Shown here: piece by piece, positions 1 through 10,332 of the stretch
Layout of the letters: each line of letters begins with the position of its first letter
Numbering within the stretch: the stretch's first letter is position 1
Origin: Trypanosoma brucei
Taxonomy: Eukaryota
DNA length: 64,000 bases
Assembly (NCBI GenBank): GCA_000002445.1
Contig: CH464491.1
Span: 2,176,001 to 2,240,000, forward strand
Direction: 5' to 3'
Made by a program: the position numbers and the translations under genes
Notes under the pieces: generated by a model
The model's database searches: none
What the model saw: only the letters and a program-made list of their open reading frames with translations
Told to the model about the DNA's origin: nothing

Positions 1-410
1 CCCTGCGTGTTTTCATCTATGCCATCGAACCCGCAAACGTCGCAACTCCAGAGTTCTTCTTCCTCCTGCAACCGTGCCTTCTCCCGCAGACGCTCTAACT
101 CCTCACGACTTGTTCCTTTTCGCTCCACTAATGGCGTTTTTTCTCCACTGTGAGGCAGAAAACAAATGCGGCCAAACGGACAGAAACCGTATTCCTCGAA
201 CACCGGGCACACGACGAGCCGCTCCGGGGGTGGGGCCAGTTGTGGAACCTCTGGTGGAAGTCCCCCCGTTTCAGCGTAGAAAGGGGATGGTCGGGCTAAC
301 ATTACGTGTTTTGATGCCCTCCGCTGGTTTGCATATACCGAAGCAGTGTGGCAGGTGAGCTTACACATAGAACACGAACACAAAGCACCCTCTACGCTGT
401 GCATTGACAT
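1..410 (-). CDS. CCCH-type zinc finger protein, N-terminal part (partial; runs off the window start)
   Basis: Manual minus-strand translation gives an open frame with no stop down to position 1. It contains CPVFEEYGFCPFGRICFLPH, a canonical C-x8-C-x5-C-x3-H finger, followed by ELERLREKARLQEEEELWSCDVCGFDG. It is absent from the ORF track because no stop lies inside the window. Candidate start ATGs are at 408-410, 402-404, 366-368 and 300-302, with a stop upstream at 417-419. Confidence 0.55.
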   Translation of the reverse strand, partial: MSMHSVEGALCSCSMCKLTCHTASVYANQRRASKHVMLARPSPFYAETGGLPPEVPQLAPPPERLVVCPVFEEYGFCPFGRICFLPHSGEKTPLVERKGTSREELERLREKARLQEEEELWSCDVCGFDGIDENTQ

Positions 411-1167
411 ATCCCTCTAAGAATGCAGGTAAAAAGACTAAGTGAGGGGGAAAGAGAGGAGGATACACAAAATCAAGCTGAGTTCACACCGCAGCCGGTA
501 CAATCCCGGCACGCTTGGTAAAGAAAAAAAGAGCGTAGGGAAGAGGCTCAGTGGAGACACGTTATATATAGCATTAAGACACGCTCAAAAAAAGACGACC
601 TGCACCCTAAACACCTCAACAGTGGAAGGAACGCACGTAACATTACTATTCATCACTCCTTTCCTTAGACCCTCTAGCCCATGAGAAAGATTGTGCAGGG
701 AAGAGTTTTACTAAGGTTGAACTTATTCTCTCGTCCTTTCCCACCTATATACCCTCATTAACATGTGTGTGAGAACTTGGCAAAAGTGCCCTGGCTTAGT
801 TTCAGTGAAACACAGATGTATCGGTGGAACGCTGACAAATGACGGACTTCGTACTGAGCAATATTCTCACGCCCCCGGGCCTGTTCGTTACTTTTTCTTA
901 TGTCTTTACGATGCTCTTCTAGCCCATCAACAGCGACTTGACCAGTATTGGTTGAACCCCTTGTACCAGTTAAATGTGCATTCGTTCCCCTTTGTCTACC
1001 TTTATATTGTTCACTTCAATACAAAAATCATCTTCTCGTTCTCCTTTAAAGCGAATAAGAACTTTTTCCCCCTCCGCTTAACCACTGGCAAAAACTGCAG
1101 AAAAACCAAGAGCACTTGCCGCCAACCACCCACACCGAACATCGACGACCGCAGCTCACTTTAGCAT

Positions 1168-1593
1168 CTAAAAGTCATCGCTGAAGCTCTGGTGCTGGCC
1201 ACCTTGTTGGTTATCATTACGTCCCCTGCCTGAGTTACGATCACCACCAAAATCCCTTCCCCCTCGGCCGCCACCGAAGCCGCGACCGCGTCCTGCTCCC
1301 TCTGGTGGCCTCGGCCCTGACGGAAGCTTGGCTCCTCCAGGAGAAGTAACATTCTCGGCACGCGTGCGGCCATCCTGCGAAGCAACCTCGAACTCAACTT
1401 CCTGTCCGACAGTTAGTGCACGAAAGCCCCCCGTTTCCGTTTGAAGAGCTGAGAAATGCACAAAGTGTTGCTTCTTGTCTGCGTCGTCTTCAATGAAACC
1501 AAAACCACGTCCAGACATCCACGATATCACCTTACCCTTGTTGAGAAAGAGGGTGCATGGAGCCATGCGCTTAACTATGGAAGCGCGAATCAT
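1168..1593 (-). CDS. RBP16: Cold-shock domain (Y-box) protein with a C-terminal RG/RGG-rich tail; RBP16-like mitochondrial RNA-binding protein
   Basis: The CSD signature is KGKVISWMSGRGFGFIEDD...HFVHFSAL...GQEVEFEV, and the tail is Gly/Arg-rich (GRGRGFGGGRGGRDFGGDRNSGRGR). The ATG at 1593 was verified. The N-terminal MIRASIVKRMAP is consistent with a mitochondrial presequence, and an alternative ATG lies at 1566. Confidence 0.85.
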   Translation of the reverse strand: MIRASIVKRMAPCTLFLNKGKVISWMSGRGFGFIEDDADKKQHFVHFSALQTETGGFRALTVGQEVEFEVASQDGRTRAENVTSPGGAKLPSGPRPPEGAGRGRGFGGGRGGRDFGGDRNSGRGRNDNQQGGQHQSFSDDF

Positions 1594-1944
1594 CTGTAAG
1601 GTGTTACTTAATAGTTCTTACGTGTGCGTGTATGTGGGTGATGGTGACCTATCGGTCTTCTCTTTTCCTACTAACTTGGAAGGATGAAACGATCCACGTG
1701 GACAAACTGACGTACCCTAAGGAGAAATAGCATTGAAAGACAGAAGGAGAAGTGGTACATTAGGAATAAGCCGTCAAACCAACACGTGGGCTCATGAAAG
1801 AGGTAGACAAGACACTTTGGTCGACATTACACACTGAGAAACAACTCATTAAAAATAACAAAAACGTAGCGCGCCTCGCATAATCATGCTCAAGCGGCCG
1901 TGAGTGTGAGCACGAGTTTTTGTGACCATAAGGATCCTCTTCCA

Positions 1945-2496
1945 TCAAAAATCAACTGGGACCCCACTGAAAGGGTCCGGAAAACTGTCGTCGATAACAT
2001 GCAGTCTGTCTTGGATTCCTTGGTAAAGGTACTTTTGCAAACGCTCTTGCTCTCCCCTGTACTTCAACCACTTTGATCTGCTCATGCATCGGTGAGAAGT
2101 GTCAGAGCACAAGCTACTGCGCACTCTGATTTGTTGGGCCCAGATTTCGGGCCCGAAACTAAGTGGTGTATCCGAACGGTTGAACTTCTCACGTTGCAGC
2201 GTGAAGAAAACCACTTCCCCCAATAAAACCACCGGCACCCATTCACTCTTGGAATTCACCGCAGTGGATAACCGGACCCTCCGATTTCCATCCAACGCAA
2301 CGATGTCATCAACAGAAAAGAAAATCGCATCCGTTGGTTCAAGGGTGGTTACAGTGTCACCTACACGACGGATAACACGTGCAGACGAAAGGTTGTGCTT
2401 GATTACACCGAGTCCCTTGTCAGCGCTAAATTTGGTTATTATCCCTTCAACTACGGCACCCTTCATGTGCAAGCAGGAGAAAAACTCTGCACACAT
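1945..2496 (-). CDS. Divergent cold-shock-domain-like protein (possible CSD paralog next to RBP16)
   Basis: GIITKFSADKGLGVIK resembles the CSD RNP1 region (GxVKWFNaeKGFGFI), and DAIFFSVDDIVALDG resembles the DVFVHFSAI region, with an insertion between them. The track start at 2553 is TTG; the first ATGs are at 2496 and 2466. The RNP1 aromatic residue is degenerate, so the assignment is tentative. Confidence 0.4.
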   Translation of the reverse strand: MCAEFFSCLHMKGAVVEGIITKFSADKGLGVIKHNLSSARVIRRVGDTVTTLEPTDAIFFSVDDIVALDGNRRVRLSTAVNSKSEWVPVVLLGEVVFFTLQREKFNRSDTPLSFGPEIWAQQIRVRSSLCSDTSHRCMSRSKWLKYRGEQERLQKYLYQGIQDRLHVIDDSFPDPFSGVPVDF

Positions 2497-2661
2497 CAGA
2501 TGGAATTTTTTTATTGGTCGGAAGAAGGAAATGTAAATCCTTTTTGCGTTCAACTTAACTGCAATCGCACAGTGTAAAGCACAAGCACTTCAAACGACCC
2601 CAGCCGACCGTAAGACAACTTCTGTTACAGAACTCAGCCGCAACAAAATGGGATAAATCCA

Positions 2662-3906
2662 TCACGGGATAGTATCAGGATGTTCGCCCCTCGTTAGACG
2701 TATTAGCCTCTCCTTGGCACGCAGGACATCGGCTGAATATCCCATCTCCTTTGCTCTGGCCACCGTGTCCCACGCAACCTTGATTACCTCGTTGTTCCTG
2801 TCACCATGGGCACCCGAACCACGGACAGGACACGGTTTAGGCGCCCTGTCCTCCTCACTTCCTTGCCTTCGAACACAATAGAAGGCACCTTCAGCATCAA
2901 AAGTAGAGCGGTTCACATCCTCATGGACCCGGAGTGACCGCCGAAGTCGGCGGTAAACGTTTGGTTTGGGAAACAAAGAATCAGAACCGCCGACCGACTT
3001 TCGAACATTCAAAATTTCTGGAGACGGGACTTCTTCGCTATCCCCTTCCCCCGTGTCACCTCGCAGTTTCGGAGGAGTCGTAAATGTGCGATCGTCATCG
3101 TCGGGAAAATATTTTGCGGTCCAGTCCACGAGAGAAGGGTCAAGTGTTTCCTTATTTTCCAGGGCGCGCTGCCGCAGAAACGGGAACGCAGAGTACGAAG
3201 AGGTTCGTTCCTCTTTGTGTGTCAAGTCCATCATCGCCGGTGTGTTTTCCAGATTTGCCCACTCACCCTGGAGACGCCGTTTCTGGGCGGCATCTTCCTG
3301 TGACGCGACATTAACCCCGCAACGCTCCCCACATTCGCCGGTGTGCCTATCTTCTTCATGAAGCGTCGCCGCGCGCTCGGAGCACACTGTCTCTTGGCAC
3401 CATCTGGATTTTTTGCTCCCTTTATCTGACTCCTTCAAAGCGGTCATGATGTGAGTTCGCAGATGTTTGGGTGAGGAAAATGCTGCAGCAGCAACAAACG
3501 AACGATACTCTGCATCCATCTGTTCACAGAGACGCATATACTTTCTGGCGTTGCGGGTTTCAAGCATGGCAGCCCCAGTGGTATCTTTAAGATAGTCTTG
3601 AAGCAAAGAGGACAACTTTTCCCGCATCGCCCTATCCTTAATATTTTGCCAATTCTCCTTTCGGCCATATAGTCGCTCGGCATCATCCATGTACGTCCGC
3701 CTCCGGTCCTGCAACCACGGGACGGTTGGAAGGGGTCGTAGCTTAGAAAACCGCATGTCTCGGTGGAAATTCCCCTTCTCTCGCACTGTCTGGGGATTAG
3801 AAGACCGGCGCTTGTATGGCCGCTTGGCATCTACTTTCCAGTGCCGCTGCGTGTGGACAAAGGCAGGCTGCCACCTAGGGATGGTTTTAACACATTGCCG
3901 TATCAT
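2662..3906 (-). CDS. Hypothetical protein (413 aa), charged/Arg-rich, no recognisable domain
   Basis: Long ORF with a verified ATG at 3906, in the same orientation as its neighbours in the minus-strand unit. The only motif I could see is a Cys pair (CVRRQGSEEDRAPKPC). Confidence 0.6.
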   Translation of the reverse strand: MIRQCVKTIPRWQPAFVHTQRHWKVDAKRPYKRRSSNPQTVREKGNFHRDMRFSKLRPLPTVPWLQDRRRTYMDDAERLYGRKENWQNIKDRAMREKLSSLLQDYLKDTTGAAMLETRNARKYMRLCEQMDAEYRSFVAAAAFSSPKHLRTHIMTALKESDKGSKKSRWCQETVCSERAATLHEEDRHTGECGERCGVNVASQEDAAQKRRLQGEWANLENTPAMMDLTHKEERTSSYSAFPFLRQRALENKETLDPSLVDWTAKYFPDDDDRTFTTPPKLRGDTGEGDSEEVPSPEILNVRKSVGGSDSLFPKPNVYRRLRRSLRVHEDVNRSTFDAEGAFYCVRRQGSEEDRAPKPCPVRGSGAHGDRNNEVIKVAWDTVARAKEMGYSADVLRAKERLIRLTRGEHPDTIP

Positions 3907-4153
3907 CTAGAGCGAGGCGACATGAAAAAGAAAGATGAAGGAAAGACGTAGCCCGAAGTAGCGAGGCGCTCAAGTAAATGCATGTGAATCCGGCTGCCAC
4001 CGATCAGTGGGAAGGGGGACCTACGTCTTCAGCAATACTTGCCGAAAAGAAAGAGAATAAATACCCACACGTTGCTTTCTTAGCAGTTAATTTCATTTAC
4101 GACAACCAACCAACGGGAAATACGTCCAAGGGTTGACTCGGCTGTTTTCCGCA

Positions 4154-4603
4154 CTAACTTCCGGGGCGTTTCATCAAGATATAGACGTCGCTATTATAAT
4201 GAACGTCTTTAAGACTCTGGGGTTTTCCGACAATCTGCGTTAGCAGTCCGCCGCAACTGATATGAACCGTCACGTCCAAGCTACTTTCGTTAACTTCCAT
4301 GCTGTACACGCGGCCGTGCATGGCATAATCACAATCGTCTAGGCGCGTGGAGCGATGGTATACACTCTGGTCGTAGTGCTTAGAGCCTGCTTGTTCAGAC
4401 AGCTCGATGGAATCTGTCAAAATTATGGTCAACCGGTCGCCGGAGTGAAGTGGAAATTCTCCCGTGTTAACGTCGGATGTAATAATAAGACCTCCTCCCT
4501 CACCTGTACACCGAACTCGTGACACTCGGGAGTAAACCGTACCCTCCTCGTTCACAGCTGCCACCGTGAAGGTGTCTTCCAATATTACTTTCGAGGAAGC
4601 CAT
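4154..4603 (-). CDS. RPB8: DNA-directed RNA polymerases I/II/III shared subunit RPB8 (RPABC3)
   Basis: Aligns along its length to eukaryotic RPB8. [27 protein letters not shown] matches [41 protein letters not shown] matches [26 protein letters not shown] matches VSYGGLLMRLQG, and VYILMKR matches VYLLMKK. The track start at 4627 is GTG; the first ATG is at 4603. Confidence 0.88.
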   Translation of the reverse strand: [149 protein letters not shown]

Positions 4604-4823
4604 CACACTTTGCAACACAAGGGGCACATGTTATACATAAGCGAAGATGAAAAAGAAAGTATGAGGGAATATAGGGGGTCAGCTTCGCCAACACCCATGG
4701 TGCCACGTTGATCATTTACAGTGGTTTGTGGAAGGCAGAGAGGGTTGTCCAAACACGCTGTATACGCCAACTCTACATTACAAAAGGAGAAGAACGACAG
4801 TAAATGCAAAGGTGACAAAAGTT

Positions 4824-5288
4824 TCAGCGAAAAATCTCTGGGGTCATCTTATACACAACATCAGAGAGAATGAAGTTTCCTTCCATATCCATCTCCGACC
4901 GCATCTCCTCAACAAAGGCGTTCATTTCATCCGTACTCAAGCGCTCACCCTGCGTTGTTAAAATGTAGCGAAGGTCATGCTGAGACATGTATCCCTTGCG
5001 TTCAGGGTCTATCCCCTTAAAAGCTTCTTTCAGATCACGCATCGTCCTCATATTTTCAAAAGCCATCTTCATCGCGCAGCAGAAGCCGTCAAACGACACT
5101 GACCCACGACCCTCGTAGTCTGCTTCAGCCTTCAAAGATTCAATGTCCGCTTCAAGTGGTGTACCACCACAGATTCTAACTAGAGATATGAGATCACTCA
5201 AAGGTATACGCCCAATCTTGTCATGATCGAAGGCATCAAAACGACGCTTCAAATACTCACGCGTCAAATCGTCAAATGCGCTGGACAT
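4824..5288 (-). CDS. EF-hand protein, calmodulin-like / myosin-light-chain-like (degenerate Ca-binding loops)
   Basis: 154 aa with a four-helix-loop-helix calmodulin topology. Loops DHDKIGRIPLSDL and DPERKGYMSQHDL are flanked by EAF/EF-type helices. ATG at 5288 verified. Confidence 0.75.
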   Translation of the reverse strand: MSSAFDDLTREYLKRRFDAFDHDKIGRIPLSDLISLVRICGGTPLEADIESLKAEADYEGRGSVSFDGFCCAMKMAFENMRTMRDLKEAFKGIDPERKGYMSQHDLRYILTTQGERLSTDEMNAFVEEMRSEMDMEGNFILSDVVYKMTPEIFR

Positions 5289-6420
5289 CCTTCTACAAAT
5301 AGCAAACTTGAGTCCTAGCCTAAAAGAAACATGGAGTAGCTATAACGAAAGCAGTGCGGGAGGCATCACTGTAACGAAAATCAGCAAATCCGAACTAGTA
5401 GAAAGTAATCATAGACCGCGCAAATCACGGATATGATCATTCGACCCAACTGCGCAGCCCGCTTCACCCCACTCCCCCCTCCCCACCTTGAATCGAACCC
5501 GACCAACATAGATGCGTACGGCGACACACCCTCTTCCATTTTCTTCACTGAAGAAATATAAACGCACATATTTCCATTTAAGCCAAAGCCATTTCAGAAT
5601 CGGAGCACTAAGAATTTCGGATGATTCAAGTGTGTTGTTGAGTCCACGCGCACCCTTTCACTACACAAAGCTTCCAAATCTGATCGGTGCACATGTCGAC
5701 CAGGCAAGTGTAACCCTTTTCCCCCACGAGCCCGGTGTCTGGAAAAGTTTTTAAAAAAATAAACAAATAAGCAGAAGCTATAACTTCCCTTCCCCCCCCC
5801 AATCAATCAAAATAATGATCGTTTCAAGATATAATGCCTTACATCGGCCTAGTCAAAATAAATCAACGACAGCTATCATGCTTGCACGGTCACGATTGCG
5901 AACCAGTGATGGCACAAAAGAAAACAAGTCGCACATTTAGAAAATAAATAATAAAACACCGCACAAGTGTTTGGACAAACTCACAACAGTAAATGTTTCC
6001 CTCACCCCCTCCCCTTGTGTCTCACCCAGACTGCCGAATGTATACCTTTTTTTTACCGGTTGCAATCCAGGGCCTTTGTGAGCGGTGCTATATCCCTCAC
6101 AGCTCGTACCACCAAGTGGGGAGAAGAGCATCAGTAGAGCCTCCTGGACAGGAAAACATTTGTGCCCAACTATAACACATTTTTCAGCGTCGTATCATAA
6201 AGGAAAAAAAGAGCACCAGTGAGCTTCAGTAAATCAAAGTGGATCATACAAATAATATTTATAAGAACCCCTACAACACCGAGGTACGTCATGAGTCTGT
6301 GCGGTTGATTCATCACAGCGAATCTTAAACAACCCTTGGATGCTTCTTTTTTTTTTTAAATGAAGTACTGAAAAATGCACAACAATTGAGTTATGTGAAA
6401 ATGAAGGGACCCTGTCTCTT

Positions 6421-8277
6421 TCATTCACCGGAACAGGAGATGTCACTAGACACTACCACAGCTCCATTATCTATCATTGAGCTCAACTCTTGCAGTATCC
6501 ATGGCAGGAAATCCACAACTTTGCCGTACTGCTCCATATAAACCCTATTAACAAGTTGTATCGAAGTTGCGATCTCCACCCAAGGTGCCTTCTCGTCAGC
6601 GATGGATTTGATTGTACCAATCTCGGCAACATTGAGGTAGGACTCCATCAAATACCGGTCAATTGCGTCGAAGAAGAGGCGAATACCTACGGCTCCACCG
6701 ACAACCTTACGCATCCACAGCAAGGCTATACCTTCATTTGGTTCTTCTGTATAAACAAACTTGTCTATCACAGCCAATAGTGTTGAACCGCCCAGCACCG
6801 CATTAAGCATTTCCAGCTCTACATCATCTTTCAGATGACCCACTTGGGAAACCATGCACGAGAATATATCTACAGCTATAGCACATCCGTCTGCGGTTGC
6901 ATTGCAGGTCAACTCCGAGATTTTATACTCGGATGGGGGAGAAATTCTGCTTGAAGTCACCTGAAGCAAATATAGTCCCTCCTCATTCATAAGCTCCCCG
7001 CTATATCTGAGCTGGACAAATCCTACGGCATAAGGAGCCAAAAATGGTAAAAACGTAAAACTCAACCTCATTCCCTCAGGACACCCTCTAGCAATTTCAT
7101 CCTCGGAGTCTGCCCAATAAGGCACGCCCCTCGGGTTGTTGATCATATGTGTGGTATGCACTGTCTCTAGCAAAGAAGAAAATGCCTTCGCGACATCAGA
7201 GAGGCACTTTCCGGCTCCAGAGCAGCCGATCGCTTTAACCATCTCAAAATAGAAACAATCATCAAAGGGGTCTCCAAATTCCTCAGTAATATCATTAATG
7301 AAATTCGGCATATGCTGGAAAATGCTTTTCACAATATCGGAGACGTTGCTGAAAAATGAAGGAACGTCCACGTATACTTCCTCAACAATGCATTGGTTAA
7401 TATGGGCGGCAATCATCAGTACCGCGGAACCAACGCCGGGGGTGATACTTAACACGGATGATATAACGTACCCAAAATTCTTCCTATCTTCTATGAAGCG
7501 TCTCTCTCGAAGCAGCAACCGAAGCTGCCTCTCAATAAAATGGTTGAGCTCAGTTCCCCCACGTACCTCACTAGCTGCCAGAGTGGCTGAGAGCATGTCC
7601 GATATCCTGTAATAAGCACCCTCCTCCCATCTCATTAGTTGCTTCTGAAAACCTGGGTTAGGACTCACAATCGGCCGGCTTTTTCTCATGATAGAGACAG
7701 ACTCATCCTTGGAATACCTTCCTCGCTTCATCATGTAAGCTGCCACCACAGCAGCTGAGCGACTAACTCCCATCAGGCAGTGCACTACGACTGTGTGCTG
7801 GCGGGCCAATTCAACCTCTGTATCCCTTCTGTGCATCATAACCAGCTCAATAAGCGCACACATTTCAGGGAAATGTCTACTTATGTCGTACGTTGGGCAG
7901 TCTTCAGCAGGAACAGACCGGATGAAAACCTTGCGTTGCAGAGGGTCTTCCGGCACGCTTGTCGAGGCATATTCTTCCAAAAGGGATGCAAACACGTTAA
8001 AAGAACATATTTTCTTGTAAACATATCGTTGGTCCTCCGCCAAATACTCATAAATCCGATAGGGCGCCACGTGTTCTCCACCGTTCAGCGTTAAAATAAG
8101 AGAAATACTTTCCTCTATTGACCTAGCCCGGTTACATACCCTTTCCTCAGAAGTAAGGTAGAGACCCGGTAATATTTCGCTTAACTCGGCATAAGGATTA
8201 GCGCTATCAGTTACCTCTAGCGAATCCTTTGGGAGTAACTTCCTTGGAACGGTCCAGTCGATCTTTTCAAGGGCCAT
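6421..8277 (-). CDS. Dual-specificity protein phosphatase (DUSP catalytic domain plus a long uncharacterised C-terminal region)
   Basis: The active-site signature VVVHCLMGVSRSAAVVAAYMM fits HCxxGxxRS in a DSP fold within the N-terminal third. About 390 further residues have no recognisable motif. ATG at 8277 verified. Confidence 0.85.
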   Translation of the reverse strand: MALEKIDWTVPRKLLPKDSLEVTDSANPYAELSEILPGLYLTSEERVCNRARSIEESISLILTLNGGEHVAPYRIYEYLAEDQRYVYKKICSFNVFASLLEEYASTSVPEDPLQRKVFIRSVPAEDCPTYDISRHFPEMCALIELVMMHRRDTEVELARQHTVVVHCLMGVSRSAAVVAAYMMKRGRYSKDESVSIMRKSRPIVSPNPGFQKQLMRWEEGAYYRISDMLSATLAASEVRGGTELNHFIERQLRLLLRERRFIEDRKNFGYVISSVLSITPGVGSAVLMIAAHINQCIVEEVYVDVPSFFSNVSDIVKSIFQHMPNFINDITEEFGDPFDDCFYFEMVKAIGCSGAGKCLSDVAKAFSSLLETVHTTHMINNPRGVPYWADSEDEIARGCPEGMRLSFTFLPFLAPYAVGFVQLRYSGELMNEEGLYLLQVTSSRISPPSEYKISELTCNATADGCAIAVDIFSCMVSQVGHLKDDVELEMLNAVLGGSTLLAVIDKFVYTEEPNEGIALLWMRKVVGGAVGIRLFFDAIDRYLMESYLNVAEIGTIKSIADEKAPWVEIATSIQLVNRVYMEQYGKVVDFLPWILQELSSMIDNGAVVVSSDISCSGE

Positions 8278-8546
8278 ATCTCATCCTAGATAAAAAATGT
8301 CGCGCACAACAATAAATGAGATATGAAAAGGGGAAAACAAATCAAAGTGCACCACTATAACCAAAATAATTTTAAAAGGGGAACACACATTTCTCCAAAG
8401 TGGCGAAGCGGGGGGAAGTCTTTTTTCTTTTTAATGAAAAGATGGCCCTCGGGCGAGCACCGCCGTCCACCGTTGTCCAAATAAAGCTAAAAACAGCTTT
8501 AAGGCGGCACTAGATACTTTGTCACCCAATGCCACGTCCATATGTA

Positions 8547-10130
8547 CTACTGATGATTGTCGCATTTTATCCAGCCAAGAACATCCTTGGCTACATTCGA
8601 TACGACACGCTGCTCTTCGGTGTGTCTGGCTGCTCGCGCGCCAAACCTCTCCATTGACTTTCGGCGCTCATGAAAGGCCACCTTTTTTAATAGGTGTCGC
8701 GCCTCCAGTTGGTCAGATGAATACGTTGTTGAAGCAATTCCTCTGGAAGCCAATGTTCGACTTCTCCTAACAGGTCGCGGTGGAGACTTTGTGATAATGT
8801 TGACTGTGAAATCGGGGTCACCTCGTTCCTGAAGCAGAGTCGCCAAAGCAGCTGAGTGAGCGCTCCTAACGTATTCTGTAGCTTCGCTGTCAAGATTCCT
8901 CCCAATGTTATCAAGCCCGTAGGGATCCTTTATCGCAAATTCAAAAAATGGTGGTCTACCCGTCTCCGTTCCGGGAGACTTCTCCCAACGCATCGTCTTC
9001 TTTAGAAGGTTGATATTTGTCGTACAAACAACATTTTTCCCATAGTCAAAAACAGCGCCATAGTACTCAAAAAAAGCAGCTGTCAGAAACCCCAGTTCTG
9101 CTAAATCACAGTCCTCACCATCGTGAAGCGGCCGATAATCCGGAAAGGGCGGAAGAAGTTGTGGTTCATCCGCGGATCGAAGCGTTGACACTTTTGGAAT
9201 AACCCCCACTTTGATCAAGAAGTGAGCACACATGACGGTCAGGGCGTAACTCGCCAGAAGACCATCGATAGAATTTATAACTCCGCTCGATCTTCCCCAT
9301 CTCTTAATCAAAAGTAGTAGATGCCTTGAAAAAACATACTTAGAGAGCGCATCGCTCAACAAATACGAATTCCGCAATCCGACAGAAGAAAAACAAAAAT
9401 CGAAGGAAAGTCGGTAGAGCTCCGGTCCATTCCGAGGATCCACTGGAAGACGCAAAGGGATGTCAACACCTTCATGCCGTTTCACCTCCGTTAACGCAGC
9501 AACAAGTGCCGAACTCGAACTGAATTCAACCGTTGAGAACTGCTGATTGTTACTCCACTCTGTGTTCACCGCCCCAAAATTTTCTTCCATCCTCGATTTA
9601 AACGAAGTGCATTCATTGTTATTCATTTGTCGTGTAAACTGAAAAATACCGCACGTGGATAGGTGGTGAAGAGGTGTTCCTGGTAAGGACTTGCTAACCC
9701 TATCCACCTTTATCACTGGAACACGAGCCTTTGGCAGCGCGCTACTTTTCAAACCCAGACGTCTCATTTCCCTCGACAAACGTGAAACAATTTCACCTGC
9801 CTCAGCGACGCCGGGTTCAACATCTGCTACCCCGACGAAATCAGCATCGCCTCCAACTTCTAGTAAACCCATAACCACAATGCCTCCAAACGCAAAGACG
9901 CTCGCATCGTAGCCTGTCGACTGAACAAGCGTTTCTAATTGCTGCCTTGCCGTACTACATTCATCAAACGCAGATCTTCCAGTGTCCGAGGCCAATGCCA
10001 TCCTTACAACAGACTTCCCCAACCCCTCCCACTGGCTGTCGCTTTTAGGTGGAAGGGATGACTTCCAGGGCAACGTGATGCATCTCTTCACTCCCGTATT
10101 CCCTGACCGAAAAGCTGAAAACTTTCTCAT
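8547..10130 (-). CDS. Pol-beta-type nucleotidyltransferase of the TUTase / non-canonical poly(A) polymerase family
   Basis: The NT motif is FAFGGIVVMGLLEVGGDADFV (hG[GS]...DxD, with GG in place of GS). The third catalytic Asp sits in ARVPVIKVDRV. A PAP/OAS1-associated domain is present (LIKRWGRSSGVINSIDGLLASYALTVMCAHFL, FEFAIKDPYGLDNIGRN). ATG at 10130 verified. Confidence 0.85.
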   Translation of the reverse strand: MRKFSAFRSGNTGVKRCITLPWKSSLPPKSDSQWEGLGKSVVRMALASDTGRSAFDECSTARQQLETLVQSTGYDASVFAFGGIVVMGLLEVGGDADFVGVADVEPGVAEAGEIVSRLSREMRRLGLKSSALPKARVPVIKVDRVSKSLPGTPLHHLSTCGIFQFTRQMNNNECTSFKSRMEENFGAVNTEWSNNQQFSTVEFSSSSALVAALTEVKRHEGVDIPLRLPVDPRNGPELYRLSFDFCFSSVGLRNSYLLSDALSKYVFSRHLLLLIKRWGRSSGVINSIDGLLASYALTVMCAHFLIKVGVIPKVSTLRSADEPQLLPPFPDYRPLHDGEDCDLAELGFLTAAFFEYYGAVFDYGKNVVCTTNINLLKKTMRWEKSPGTETGRPPFFEFAIKDPYGLDNIGRNLDSEATEYVRSAHSAALATLLQERGDPDFTVNIITKSPPRPVRRSRTLASRGIASTTYSSDQLEARHLLKKVAFHERRKSMERFGARAARHTEEQRVVSNVAKDVLGWIKCDNHQ

Positions 10131-10332
10131 TTTATCCTATTTATACGCCCCGAAAAAAAAAAAAGAGGAAGAAACGTTTTCCCTCCACATAAAATGAGTA
10201 TAACTGAGTTTTCACAAATATATCAAAAGGTAGCCACGCAGAACAAAACAATGTTTGTATGAAAAATAGGCATTTTTGACCTTTTGCATTGCATTAACAG
10301 TAGAGAGGAATTTAACATCTATCCAGCGGTCT

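Noticed and set aside
763-1164. 133-aa plus-strand ORF in the gap between the CCCH gene and RBP16
   Set aside because: It is on the wrong strand for the unit and translates pyrimidine-tract-rich UTR sequence (FFLCLYDALL...FSFSFKANKNFF).
2099-2536. 145-aa plus-strand ORF antisense to the CSD-like gene
   Set aside because: It is in a minus-strand transcription unit, is low-complexity (Ser/Thr-rich), and the opposite-strand frame carries the CSD-like motifs.
5470-5500. Reverse-complement T-loop-like string TTGAATCGAACCCGACC between the EF-hand gene and the DUSP gene
   Set aside because: No complementary stem segments or acceptor/D-arm could be found by eye. Treated as a chance match.
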